A DNA stretch of 64,000 nt from Alphaproteobacteria bacterium (GCA_963555825.3 CAUVXB020000002.1:3200001-3264000); one strand, 5' to 3'; counted from the first letter of the stretch, positions 34,413 to 44,858 are shown. Notes: generated by a model from the letters alone, not told the origin. Numbers and translations are program-made.

Positions 34413-34760
34413 GTAAGCGTTCGTTCAGGCCGTGGAATGGGTCCCGTCAAGCGCATCTCCCACGTTGAGGCGAGGCCCCACAAGGTGCTGTCTTTCTGCT
34501 GGTAACGCGATTTGCCATGCGCTATCGTCGTGCGCATGGTGGTTCTGGACGAGGATTTTGGCACCAACCTGACGCTGGTCGAGGGTAATGGCGGGGTCCG
34601 GTTGTCCCCCGTGTCGGTGCCGGAGCACGCGCCGCGCGACTGGCGGTCACAGTGTGAGCGGGAACGGGCGCGGGCGGACGCGGCCGAAGCGCGCGCGGAA
34701 GAGCTGCGCTGGGCGGAAGTGGCCGCCCGCAGCGATGGCGGTTCGTGGAAGTCTCGGTTC
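34413..34760 (+). mobile_element. Truncated second copy (left ~350 bp) of the IS66-like element
   Basis: Matches 30706-31053; starts 7 bp after the right TIR and ends at CGGTTC, fused to a CRISPR repeat. Confidence 0.9.
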
Positions 34761-36266
34761 CCCGCGCGTGCGGGGAACAGATCGGTCGGTTGGTGAAAAG
34801 TCGTCTAAACAACGGTTCATCCCCGCGCGTGCGGGGAACAGGCTCAGTGTCGCTCACGCCATGAGTTGCCCACCGGTTCATCCCCGCGCGTGCGGGGAAC
34901 AGCAGCACCAGGGCGATTACGGCAACTTCATCGGCGGTTCATCCCCGCGCGTGCGGGGAACAGACCTCAACGATTGTTGCAACCTGAATGAGATACGGTT
35001 CATCGCCGCGCTAAGAACGGTTCATCCCCGCGCGTGCGGGGAACAGACGATCCGCCGTCACAACGATACGGTTGACTACGGTTCATCCCCGCGCGTGCGG
35101 GGAACAGCTGATGCGGGAACTGGTCGTCGCGCGTCAGGACGGTTCATCCCCGCGCGTGCGGGGAACAGCTCACCCGTCATGGTGTCGCCAGACACGTTTA
35201 CGGTTCATCCCCGCGCGTGCGGGGAACAGGGATGAAGCGGCCGGCGGACTTGGTCATGCGGCGGTTCATCCCCGCGCGTGCGGGGAACAGATCGAGGTGG
35301 CCGCCGTGGATCGCGGCGAACGCGGTTCATCCCCGCGCGTGCGGGGAACAGCTTGGCGATGAAACGCCAGAACTGGTTGGCGCCGGTTCATCCCCGCGCG
35401 TGCGGGGAACAGCGACTTGCCCATTTCTACATCCCCCCGCCAGCCGGTTCATCCCCGCGCGTGCGGGGAACAGTCGACCGGATCGGGCGGTTCTGGAGCC
35501 GACGACGGTTCATCCCCGCGCGTGCGGGGAACAGATCTCAGCTGTATCTTCGGGGTTCTCCTCCACCGGTTCATCCCCGCGCGTGCGGGGAACAGCTTAG
35601 ATCCCGCAATTTGATATATCCTACAATCGGTTCATCCCCGCGCGTGCGGGGAACAGTCAAGTACTTAAACACCGGGTCCGAACAAGACCGGTTCATCCCC
35701 GCGCGTGCGGGGAACAGATTGACCTTCGGGTGCAGGACAGGGTCGACGCCGGTTCATCCCCGCGCGTGCGGGGAACAGGCAAGCCCGTATCGCTCCGGCA
35801 CGCTGGTCTACGGTTCATCCCCGCGCGTGCGGGGAACAGGCAACGTGGGACGATATCGCCAACACATACGACGGTTCATCCCCGCGCGTGCGGGGAACAG
35901 ATCGTCACCGTAACGTCAGTCGTCAAGTCGGTCGGTTCATCCCCGCGCGTGCGGGGAACAGGTGTCGGCCAGCGCCTCGCCGGGAAGCGGCACCGGTTCA
36001 TCCCCGCGCGTGCGGGGAACAGTAATCGATGATGTCGCCCAGCCCGCTATCGTCCGGTTCATCCCCGCGCGTGCGGGGAACAGCGCTCCGTTGACCAGCC
36101 CGAAGACCGGGCAGGCGGTTCATCCCCGCGCGTGCGGGGAACAGACTATGGCGATTTCATCGGCTACGATGATTACCGGTTCATCCCCGCGCGTGCGGGG
36201 AACAGGCGGCGACCGCCGTTTTCCCGGATCCGGTGGGCGGTTCATCCCCGCGCGTGCGGGGAACAG
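34755..36266 (-). CRISPR. Type I-E-like CRISPR array: 24 intact 29-bp repeats + 2 damaged; 24 spacers of 32 nt + 1 truncated
   Basis: Repeat CGGTTCATCCCCGCGCGTGCGGGGAACAG with 61-bp period; reverse complement CTGTTCCCCGCACGCGCGGGGATGAACCG resembles E. coli I-E; no cas genes in window. Confidence 0.98.
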
Positions 36267-37770
36267 TCTGCGCCGCCTCGCCAAACGCCGGGGCATCCTG
36301 CTCGGCCAGTGGGGCGCGGGCCGCAACGCCAAGCTGATCGGCTGGTCCCTGGAAGGCTCCGCCATCACCGTGGCCCCGCCCCGCGTCGGCAAGGGCGCTC
36401 TCATCGCCCTTAACCTGCTGTCGCCCGGCGACCGGGGGTTCCAGGGATCGACGGTCACTATTGACCCGCGCGGCGAGCTCTGGTGTATCGCCGCCCGGCG
36501 CAGGCGCGAGCTGGGCCGCCGGGTTCTGCTGATCGATCCCTTCAGGGTGGTGGCCGAGCACAAGAAGTTCAAGGAAACCCATTTGCCTGACGTTGAAAGC
36601 GCGTCCTACAACCCGCTCGACTTTATTCGAGACGATGAAAGCCTCGCCGTGCGCGACATCAACGTGCTGCTCGATGCCCTGCTCACGCCGCCGCGCCCGG
36701 ACGCGCATAACAGCGGCCGGCATTTCTACGAATCCGCCCGCGCGATCATCGCCGGTTACATGGCATGGGTTCGTTTCCAGGAACCGGCCGAGAGGCAAAA
36801 CCTGTCCACTCTTTACGAGTTGCTCTCGATGCCACCGAAGGAAAGGGATGATTTTGCCGAGGGGGTGGCCTCAATGGACCGCTTTGCCGGCGGGCTCACC
36901 CATATCGCGGTTGAGCGCCAGGCCCAGGTCGGCGATGAGGAAGGCGGCAGCAATTTCATGACCATCGCCAACCAGCTCGCCTTCCTGAACTACCCTGAAT
37001 TGCTCGCCCATACGCAAACCTCCAGCTTCGATCCCTTGGATCTGGCGGAGGGCGATACCGACCTCTTCGTCGTTGCGCCGGAAGAGACCATCGAGCACGT
37101 CAAGGGCTGGCTGCGCCTGTGGGTCGCCATCCCCAACGCCGTCGCCGGTATCAAACCGCTTGAGCGTGATCTTCTTATCGTCATCGACGAGATGCCGCGG
37201 CTTGGTTACCTCAAGCCGGTCATGGACGGCTACACCATGGCCGCCGGCAAGGGCGTCCACTTCTGGTGCTTCGCCCAGTCGATCTCGGCGCTCGATTCGA
37301 CCTGGGGCAAGGAGCACCGCAAAACGCTCCTGCATCTGGCCGAACTGGTCCAGATCCTGGGCTTCCCGCGCACCGACGCCGAGGGCGCGGAGGAACTCTC
37401 CAGGGCCATCGGCACCGCCACTTTCGAGGCCAGGACCGAGAACCGCTCCGGCACCATCGCCGAGAACCGCATCGTCACCGCCAACACGCAATGGCAGGCC
37501 GGCGAATCCCGCGCCCTGGTGCGCGAGCGCCTGATCACCCCCGATGAACTCATGACGCTTGGCCCCGACCACCAATACGTCATCGCCTCGCCCAAGGACA
37601 TGCCGCGCGATGCGCTGCATCTCCATCACGCCCACTACTGGCGCCGTTGGGATTCCCGCGATCTTGCCGATCCCAACCCGTTCGTCATCCGCAAAGAACG
37701 CGCGGAAAAGGCCAACACAAAGCGGGTGTGGCCGCAATTCAAACTGCCCTTTGGAGGAAAAGCGTTATGA
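36267..37770 (+). pseudogene. virD4: VirD4/TraG type IV coupling protein lacking its N-terminus, in frame with the CRISPR array
   Basis: GILLG, Walker A APPRVGKG, IDPRGEL, YNPLDF, Walker B VIDEMPRLG, FAQSISAL, RLITPDE. Confidence 0.8.
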
Positions 37771-38549
37771 CGGAGAAACTTGAACAATTGGCAGGCAATC
37801 GCGATCCTGGGGCCAATGAAGCATTAAGGCCCGCCGGATGGACACGCGCTTCGGCAATTGGCGCTCCGAGAAGCGCGGCGCCCGCCGGGGAAGTCCCGGG
37901 TGAGGATCGCGGGGAGACAGCATCGGAGAGCCTCGTGGCGAACACGGGCGATCCATCTCAGCCAGCCGGAAGTGATGGCGCGAAGGATCTGCCGGGCGGC
38001 GGTACTGGGGGCGACCCCGATCCGGAACGCGTCCCGGCCGATGAAATCGCAACACTTGCAAACGTCCTTGATCTGACGCGCCGCATTTGCGCGCGCCTCG
38101 GCAAGGAACCGGGCGTTAATTTGGTCGAGCTAAGTGGGAAAGTCGACGAGCTTACCCTTGCCATGGAGAAGTTCGCGTCCGGGGCGGAGAAAACCGGAGC
38201 CGCGCTCGATAAGGTGCTGGCTGCGCGGGAAGCCGCAACAGGCGAAACCGCGAAATGTGTCGAGGACAATAATCGGAAAGTCACGGCCGACTTCCACCGC
38301 TGGGCAGACACGCAGCGCCGGTATCGCTTTCGATTGTCGGCGCTCGCGCTGGCCGTCGCCGTACCCGCCTTCTTTATGCTCGGTGTGCTGCTTGAGCAAC
38401 AATTCCAGATCGTGCCGCTCCACGATCCGACCAGCGGCTGGAGCGCCCACATCTGGCAGAACTACGGCCGCACGATCGTCGATTGCGCGGAGGATGCGAG
38501 ACGGACGAACAAGGCGATCGAGTGCAGGTTTCCCGTTCACGCGCCTTGA
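37767..38549 (+). CDS. Hypothetical coiled-coil protein with one C-terminal TM segment, coupled to virD4
   Basis: GGAGG RBS, ATGA overlap, hydrophobic LSALALAVAVPAFFMLGVLL. Confidence 0.6.
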   Translation: MTEKLEQLAGNRDPGANEALRPAGWTRASAIGAPRSAAPAGEVPGEDRGETASESLVANTGDPSQPAGSDGAKDLPGGGTGGDPDPERVPADEIATLANVLDLTRRICARLGKEPGVNLVELSGKVDELTLAMEKFASGAEKTGAALDKVLAAREAATGETAKCVEDNNRKVTADFHRWADTQRRYRFRLSALALAVAVPAFFMLGVLLEQQFQIVPLHDPTSGWSAHIWQNYGRTIVDCAEDARRTNKAIECRFPVHAP

Positions 38550-38654
38550 CGGCCAAGCATAACCGGCCTTTAGCCGGTCCCCTGAACGGCCTCTTTTTCC
38601 CCGTTCACGTTACAAACGCGTTGCCCTGGCAGAGCGGCACGAGTGGTCGCCGAT

Positions 38655-39104
38655 TTACCGGACGGCCGCGGTTTGGGCAACGGTCTCGGGTCCCTCGCCA
38701 CCGAACCGTGTGGCGGCGAAGCCGATGACGAGCCCGGCGATGGCGCCCTCGGCGACAAACCAGAACGGGGAAGACAAGATGCCCTCCGGACCGAACACGG
38801 ACGCAATGGCGTCGGCCAGCGTGTCATAGGCAAAGAACGTCAGCACGAAGTTCATCCATGCCCCCAAAAGGGGTGCCAGAAACTACCACGGCATCGGCAC
38901 TTTCAACATTGGGGGCCGCGTGTAGCCGCCGATCACGCCGATGATCGCGCCCAGCGTCGTGTACCAGAGCAATATTCCCCAGCGCAGCAGGCTGTCATCG
39001 CCGACCGGATAGACAGTGAGGTAGATAAATCCCGCAAGGCCGAGCAGGGCGCCGAGCGTTTTGCCGACGGCGATGCGGGTGTTCAACGAGGGATTGCCGA
39101 ACAT
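38655..39104 (-). pseudogene. Membrane protein split by an in-frame TAG (38883-38885)
   Basis: ORFs 38883-39104 and 38655-38867 are in the same frame: ...PMPW*FLAPLLGAWMNF... Confidence 0.7.
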
Positions 39105-39149
39105 TTGAACCTCCAGGGTTATTGGCGTTGCCGGTCAGGCCGGAAGTAT

Positions 39150-39178
39150 CCGCAATCGGCCGCAATCGGCCGCAATCG
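39150..39178. repeat. 3 x 10-bp tandem repeat CCGCAATCGG
   Basis: Seen directly, upstream of the membrane-protein gene. Confidence 0.8.
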
Positions 39179-39283
39179 ATTGTCCGAAATCGTATTGATG
39201 TTGCGTTCGGTGCAAGAGCCGATGGCTGGCGGTGTGGGCTACGGGAGGCAATAGCCCGCACCTGGAGGGCCGGCGCATGCCGC

Positions 39284-39768
39284 CTAATTGGCGTTGTTAC
39301 GCTTTTGCGGCCCCCGGCGGTGGCGCCACCGGTCACTCATCGACAGCCTGCCGTCGTCGTTGCGGTCCAGCCGCTCGACGATGTTGGCCAACGGCCTGTC
39401 GTACTCCGCGCGCGAGATGACAGCGTTGCCGTCCGTATCCAGCATCTGGAAGGCGCGCACGGTGAGCGGGCGCGTGGTTTCATGCCAGACGCCGGCGAAT
39501 TCATCGAGGCTGAGGTTGCCGTCGCTGTCGCCATCGTGGGCCGCATGACGGTCATCGCGCACCTTGTCGATCTCCGCCTGGCTGAGCTTGCCGTCACCGT
39601 CGGTGTCGATGGAATCGATTATTTCCATCGCCATGAGTGCGAACTGTCCTTTGGCGAAAAAACCCATGCCGCCATGACCGCGTTCCGCGTAGCTCGCGCC
39701 CGCGAGTGCGATGCCGCCGATAGCCGCGGCGATGCCTATTCCGATCAGCCCTTCGTTCTCGTTCTCAT
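39284..39768 (-). pseudogene. Secreted EF-hand calcium-binding protein with a frameshift in the signal peptide
   Basis: DTDGDGKLS, DGDSDGNLSLDEF, DTDGNAVISRAEY, DRNDDGRLS; the AGGAG-linked ATG (39768) reads MRTRTKG* out of frame. Confidence 0.7.
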
Positions 39769-39810
39769 GGATATGCTCCTGCGTCGAATGTCTATGACCC
39801 AAATATAGGC

Positions 39811-41259
39811 GATCGTGTCCCGGCAGGTGGTGTAAGAGCGTTGCGCTCTACGCGGCTCCCGGCGGGTAGGGCCGGGACGTTCAGGCTGCCACGGTGGGCA
39901 GCGTGATGGGGACACCATCGCCCAGCGGAGCGATGGATTCCAGCGTCATGTATCTCCTTGAGACGGCCCACTCGTCGTTCTGCTCGAGAAGGATGGCGCC
40001 GACGAGCCGTGTGATGGCGTCTTCGTTGGGAAAGATGCCGACGACGTTGGTGCGGCGCTTGACCTCGGCATGGAGCCGTTCGATCGGGTTGGTCGAATGC
40101 AACTTCTGGCGGTGCTCCTTGGGGAAGCTCATGTAGGCGAGGACGTCGTGCTCGGCTTCGTCCATCAGGGCGGCGAGCTTGGGGACCTTGGGCCTGAGCT
40201 GGTCGGCGACCTGACGCCACTGGACCTTCGCGCTGTCGGCGTCCTCCTGGGCGAAGGCGGTGGCGACGAAGGCGGAGACGACGCGCCGACCCTGGCGGCC
40301 GGCATGGGCCAGCAGGTTGCGGGCGAAGTGCACGCGGCATCTTTGCCAGGTGGCGCCGAGGATCCGGGTCGCGGCGGCCTTCAGGCCCTTGTGGTCGTCG
40401 GAGATCACCAGCTTCACGCCGCGCAGCCCGCGCCGGGCCAGCGAGCGCAGGAACTCAGTCCAGAAGGTCTCGGCCTCCGACGCGCCGATCGCCATGCCCA
40501 GGACCTCGCGGCGGCCTTGGTCGTTGACGGCCACAGCCACGGTCACCGCGACCGAGACGATGCGTCCGGTCTGGCGCACCTTCACATAAGTCGCATCCAG
40601 CCACAGATAGGGCCAGTCGCCCTCCAGCGGTCGATCAAGGAAGCCGTTGACCTTATCGTCGATCTCGCCGCACAGCCTGGAGACCTGGCTCTTGGAGACG
40701 CCCGACATCCCCATCGCCTGAACCAGATCGTCGACCGAGCGGGTCGACACGCCCTGGATGTAGGCCTCCTGGATCACCGCAGCCAGCGCCTTCTCGGCCA
40801 TCCGCCGCGGCTCCAGGAAGCCGGGGAAGTAGCTCCCCTTCCTCAGCTTCGGGATCTTCAACTCGACCGTGCCGGCCCGGGTCTCCCAGGACCGGTCGCG
40901 GTAGCCGTTGCGGTGGGTGATACGATCCGCCGAGCGCTCGCCGTGAGCGGCGCCGGTCAGGCCCTCGACCTCCAGTGCCATCAGCCGCTCGGCCGTGAAG
41001 CCGATCATCTCGCGAAGCAGATCGGCATCGGAGCTCTTCTCCAAAAGCGCGCGTAGGGTCATCATGTCCTGGGTCATCGTGGTTCTCCTTCGGGTCAGGT
41101 TGGTTCGCACTAGCCCAACCCTAAACCGGAACCGCGATGGCCTCCGCTGTGGATAGCCGGCTTGCCTACGCCAGACTCTCGGCGGTCGCTACGGCAAGCC
41201 GCCTACCCACAGCTACCAGAGGCTCCAACAACTCCTACACCACGTCCTGGGACACGACC
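39811..41259 (-). mobile_element. IS256-family insertion sequence
   Basis: IRs GATCGTGTCCC.../...GGGACACGACC; 8-bp TSD ATATAGGC (39803-39810 and 41260-41267). Confidence 0.95.
39881..41077 (-). CDS. IS256 transposase
   Basis: [36 protein letters not shown]. Confidence 0.95.
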   Translation of the reverse strand: MTQDMMTLRALLEKSSDADLLREMIGFTAERLMALEVEGLTGAAHGERSADRITHRNGYRDRSWETRAGTVELKIPKLRKGSYFPGFLEPRRMAEKALAAVIQEAYIQGVSTRSVDDLVQAMGMSGVSKSQVSRLCGEIDDKVNGFLDRPLEGDWPYLWLDATYVKVRQTGRIVSVAVTVAVAVNDQGRREVLGMAIGASEAETFWTEFLRSLARRGLRGVKLVISDDHKGLKAAATRILGATWQRCRVHFARNLLAHAGRQGRRVVSAFVATAFAQEDADSAKVQWRQVADQLRPKVPKLAALMDEAEHDVLAYMSFPKEHRQKLHSTNPIERLHAEVKRRTNVVGIFPNEDAITRLVGAILLEQNDEWAVSRRYMTLESIAPLGDGVPITLPTVAA

Positions 41260-41589
41260 ATATAGGCAGGGTTTGCCGCAAAACCATGTGTATCCGCGCT
41301 CTTTGTGCCGCGAGAGTTGGACGATCGGGAGACCGGCAGACTTTGTTACGTTCTTTGCCTGCGTTTGAGCGAGGCGCTCGTTAGCCGTTGGCTATTGAAG
41401 CGTCACCGTACGTTCTCGTGGCCGATGGCCGATGATCACCGGGATATCCGCGAGCCCCTGCGTTCTACCTGAAGAAGCATGATGAGCTGCGCGTCACCAT
41501 GGCGGACAGCAGCGCGTTCGCGCGGCGGATAGGTACAGCGCGACGATGGGTTTCTGCCCGCCGCAGTTTCAATCCCGGAACGGTTCCCC

Positions 41590-42097
41590 TCATAGTGCCG
41601 GAATGCCGGATTTAGCGGCTTCGGCGTGCGGCGTGACCGGTCCAGTATTCGCCGCCGCCAAGTCCCGCCAGTGGGTGGTGTAGCGCGGGGACAGGCGCTC
41701 CTGGCGCATCCGCCACTCCGCAGTTCTGGCCGCGAGACCGAGGCCGATCGAGCCCCGCCCGAACCGCCCGTTGATCCGATCCACCGCCTGCATCAAGCGG
41801 CCGTTCTCCAACGGACCGTCCTCAAACAGCGATCCAACCAGCTCGCCGGCCGGCGACAGGTCAAGCAGCATCACGCCGGCCTTGCGGTAGGCAAAGCCCT
41901 CGCGCCAGAGGCGCTCGAATATTCGCAACGCTGCCACGACGATAACGCGGCTGTCGGCGGTTGGCGTCAGGAACGCTGCCGATGCGGCGGTCGTATATTG
42001 CGGGGCGGCGGTATCGAAACTGTTGGTCGCGATGGATACCTGCAGATTGCCGCAGACCTGATCGGAACGGCGGATTTTCTCCGCCGTCCTTTCCGCG
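41590..42097 (-). pseudogene. umuC: C-terminal remnant of a UmuC-like Y-family DNA polymerase, cut by IS21
   Basis: YRKAGVMLLDL, LMQAVDRINGRFGRG, WRMRQERLSPRYTT.W. Confidence 0.85.
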
Positions 42098-42288
42098 TGT
42101 CAATGGCGGAGCAAAAAGGGACCACCTCGGCGGTGTAAGAAGGGACCGCTTGGCGGCTGCGGGCTTGTCCCCGTAGTCCACGGGAGGGCCCCGCGCGCGA
42201 CGCGGCGTGCCCTCAACAGGCTGACGCGGCGGCGCGCGCGGGAGGGACCTGTGGGCCCACGGGGTCAAGCGTGGGCTGGGTGGTCGGT

Positions 42289-43053
42289 TCAGTTAGCAGT
42301 CGGGGTTTGACGCCTGCGGCTCTGGTTGAGCCTGTAGCTGTCACCGTTCATCTCGAGGATGTTGACGTGGTGGGTGAGGCGATCGAGGAGCGCGCCGGTG
42401 AGGCGCTCGGAGCCGAACACCTCGGTCCATTCGTCGAAGGGCAGATTGGTGGTGACCAGGGTCGAGCCCCGCTCGTAGCGTTGGCTGAACACCTCGAACA
42501 ACAGCTCGGCGCCGGTCTTCGACAGCGGCACGAAGCCGAGTTCGTCGACGATCAGAAGCTTGTAGGTGGCGAGCTTCTTCTGGAACCTCAGCAGCTGCTT
42601 GTCATCGCGGGCCTCGATGAGTTCGTGGACCAGCGCGGCGGCGGTGATGAAGCCGACCGAGAGGCCCTTCTGGCAGGCCGCCAGGCCGAGACCGAGGGCG
42701 ATGTGGGTCTTGCCGGTCCCACTGTTGCCGAGCGCGATGAGGTTCTCGCGGCGCTCGATGTACTCGCAGCGGGCCAGCTCCAGGACCAGCGCCTTGTTGA
42801 GCGAGGGGATGACCTTGAAGTCGAAGCTGTCGAGGCTCTTGACCACGGGGAAGCGCGCCGCCTTGATGCGCCGCTCGACCATGCGGCGCTCGCGGTCGAT
42901 CAGCTCGAGCTCGGCGAGTCTCAACAGGTAGCGGACGTGATCGACGCCTTCCGAGGCGCACTGCCGGGCGATCTTGTCGTACTCGCGCAGGAAGGTCGGC
43001 AGCTTCAGCGTCTTGAGGTGGTGGGCGAGCAGCACTTGCGGTGTGTCGGTCAT
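42289..43053 (-). CDS. istB: IS21 helper ATPase
   Basis: GNSGTGKTH, LIVDELG, LLDRLTHH; start MTDTPQ. Confidence 0.95.
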   Translation of the reverse strand: MTDTPQVLLAHHLKTLKLPTFLREYDKIARQCASEGVDHVRYLLRLAELELIDRERRMVERRIKAARFPVVKSLDSFDFKVIPSLNKALVLELARCEYIERRENLIALGNSGTGKTHIALGLGLAACQKGLSVGFITAAALVHELIEARDDKQLLRFQKKLATYKLLIVDELGFVPLSKTGAELLFEVFSQRYERGSTLVTTNLPFDEWTEVFGSERLTGALLDRLTHHVNILEMNGDSYRLNQSRRRQTPTAN

Positions 43054-44549
43054 GCGCCGAGCCCCGACAGCAGGCTCATGTACGACTTGGCGGACGTCAT
43101 CGCGACCCGGGCGCGCGGCAGATACGGATAGACGTCGAGGTTGAGCCTGGGCGGCCGCCGCTCGATGCGGCACAGTACCAGGTGCTTCACCGCATCAAAG
43201 CCGATTGCGCCGAGCCGCAGGGCGTCGCCGACCGCACCCTCGACCTCCTCGAGCCGGAAGGTCTCCAGTAGACGGAGCACCTGGACGTACTCGCGCTTGC
43301 CTGCCTTGCCCATACGAGCTTCGAGGAGCCGCCGCAGAGTGATGAAGGCCTCGGGCAGGTCCCAGCCCGCCAATGGCGCGGCCTGGTCGAGGGCGCCGAT
43401 CTTCTGCTCGATCAAGGGCAGGTAATGCAGCGGGTCGAAGATCAGGTCCTCGCTGTCGTAGGACCGGCGGTGCCGGGCGATCACCTCGGCCCCGCAGCTG
43501 ATCACCACCTCATCGACGTAGCCCCGGATGAGCACCTCACGGTGGCCGTAGGCCACGGGCACGGAATAGTCGTTGCTGCGGTAACGCACCAGCGACAGCG
43601 AACTCGCCCGTCCAGGGCGCTTATCGCAGGCATCATAGGGAGCAGGCGGCAATGGCAAGAGAACTTGACGATCCCGCTCGAGACGCTCGCCGATGGTCTC
43701 CTTGTGGCCCCGCAGCCGCGCCGCCTGGCGCCGGCGGCACTGTTCGGCGAGAGCATCGTTGAGGGCCGCGAAGCTCTCGGCACGCGGGACGGGGACCAGG
43801 AAGTTCCGCCGGATGAAGCCGACCAGTCCCTCGACCTTGCCCTTGTCGTTGCCCTTGCCCGGCCGGCCGAACCTGTCCTCGAACAGATAGTGGGACTGAA
43901 GCTCCGTGAAGACGCGCGTTCGCTGCCGCTTCCCATCGCCCAGGATCCGGGCAACCGCCAGCTTGGTGTTGTCGTACAGGATGGATCGGGGGACGCCGCC
44001 GAAGAAGGCAAACGCCGCGTTGTGGCCATCGCAGAATGCTTCGGTCGTCTCCGCCGGATAGGCCGCAACAAAGCAACCATCACTGTGGGGAAGGTCGAAG
44101 GCAAGGAAGTGGATCTTCCGTAACGCGCCGCCGATCACCGCCATCGCTTCGCCGAAGTCCGCCTGGGCGTGACCGGGGGAATGGGAGAGTGGCACGAACA
44201 CCTCACGCGACCGAAGCCCCTGCTCACGAACGTAGTCCTTCACGATGGTGTAGCCGCCCGTGAAACCGTACTCGTCCCGGAGGCGGTCGAAGATGCGCTT
44301 CGCAGTGTGCCGTTGCTTGCGGTGGCTGGTCCGATCGTCTTCCAAGATCCGATCGATGATTCCCGTGAACGGACCCAGCTTTGGCCGCCTCGGCGGCGCG
44401 CTTCGGCGATACCCTGGCGGCACCGAGAACGACAGCATCTTACGGACCGTCTTGCGGTCTACACCAAACACCCGCGAGGCCTCGCGGGTGCTCATCCCCT
44501 CGACATGACACGCCCGCCGAACCCGTGCGTACAACTCCACCCGATACAT
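43050..44549 (-). CDS. istA: IS21 transposase
   Basis: MYRVELYARVR, AQADFGE, LYDNTK, KGKVEG. Confidence 0.95.
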   Translation of the reverse strand: MYRVELYARVRRACHVEGMSTREASRVFGVDRKTVRKMLSFSVPPGYRRSAPPRRPKLGPFTGIIDRILEDDRTSHRKQRHTAKRIFDRLRDEYGFTGGYTIVKDYVREQGLRSREVFVPLSHSPGHAQADFGEAMAVIGGALRKIHFLAFDLPHSDGCFVAAYPAETTEAFCDGHNAAFAFFGGVPRSILYDNTKLAVARILGDGKRQRTRVFTELQSHYLFEDRFGRPGKGNDKGKVEGLVGFIRRNFLVPVPRAESFAALNDALAEQCRRRQAARLRGHKETIGERLERDRQVLLPLPPAPYDACDKRPGRASSLSLVRYRSNDYSVPVAYGHREVLIRGYVDEVVISCGAEVIARHRRSYDSEDLIFDPLHYLPLIEQKIGALDQAAPLAGWDLPEAFITLRRLLEARMGKAGKREYVQVLRLLETFRLEEVEGAVGDALRLGAIGFDAVKHLVLCRIERRPPRLNLDVYPYLPRARVAMTSAKSYMSLLSGLGA

Positions 44550-44667
44550 CCCCCCCGCCTTCCAGTCAGAGCAACCCTGACAGAAGGCTATACGCGGTCC
44601 CATTTTGGTCCGCCGCAGCCGGATCGACCGGCCGCTTCAGTGGGGGATTATTGCTCTGCCGTTCTCA

Positions 44668-44769
44668 CCCATGGTGTCGTTCTCCCTCTTGGGTTTGCAG
44701 CACCCGGAGCCTAACGGCTCCAGGAGAGCGACACCTACCTCAACTTTTCAACATCGACCGGGACATCTC
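44668..44769 (-). mobile_element. Left-end remnant of an IS (IS256-like end), cut by IS21 just after its start codon
   Basis: Minus strand GAGATGTCCCGGTCGATGTTGAAAAG...GAGGGAGAACGACACCATGGG, then the IS21 end; family call from end motif only. Confidence 0.55.
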
Positions 44770-44770
44770 C

Positions 44771-44858
44771 CACACTCGTAGTGCCGCTGATACACTGGAA
44801 CTACCCAATGTTGCTTCTGTCCAAGGACAAAATTCAGATCATGTGCCTTTGCATCCAT
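44771..44858 (-). pseudogene. N-terminal remnant of a DUF262 (GmrSD-type) gene
   Basis: GAGGA RBS + MDAKAHDLNFVLGQKQHWVVPVYQRHYE (P-x-YQR-x-Y motif); not in the ORF track. Confidence 0.65.

Larger units (their letters stand above)
42098..44667 (-). mobile_element. IS21-family insertion sequence, copy 1
   Basis: Ends TGTCAATGGCGGAGCAAAAAGGGACCAC / TGAGAACGGCAGAGCAATAATCCCCCAC; istA + istB; no TSD. Confidence 0.93.

Noticed and set aside
35413-35444. Spacer self-targeting the IS21 istA start (TACATCCCCCCGCC)
   Set aside because: Only ~14 nt with an indel in a C run; consistent with chance
30706-36266. CRISPR-associated (RNA-guided) transposon
   Set aside because: No cas or tniQ/tnsC genes; the array lies outside the TIR-bounded element and the junction is explained by a 6-bp microhomology
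36267-36301. Clean PAM evidence that the virD4 start is a protospacer
   Set aside because: After 32 nt the plus strand reads TGC, not CTT/CAT (AAG/ATG PAM), so the spacer-target recombination idea lacks PAM support
34588-36572. Repetitive ORFs (GSSPRVRGT / RFIPARAGN / VHPRACGEQ)
   Set aside because: These are translations of CRISPR repeats, not proteins
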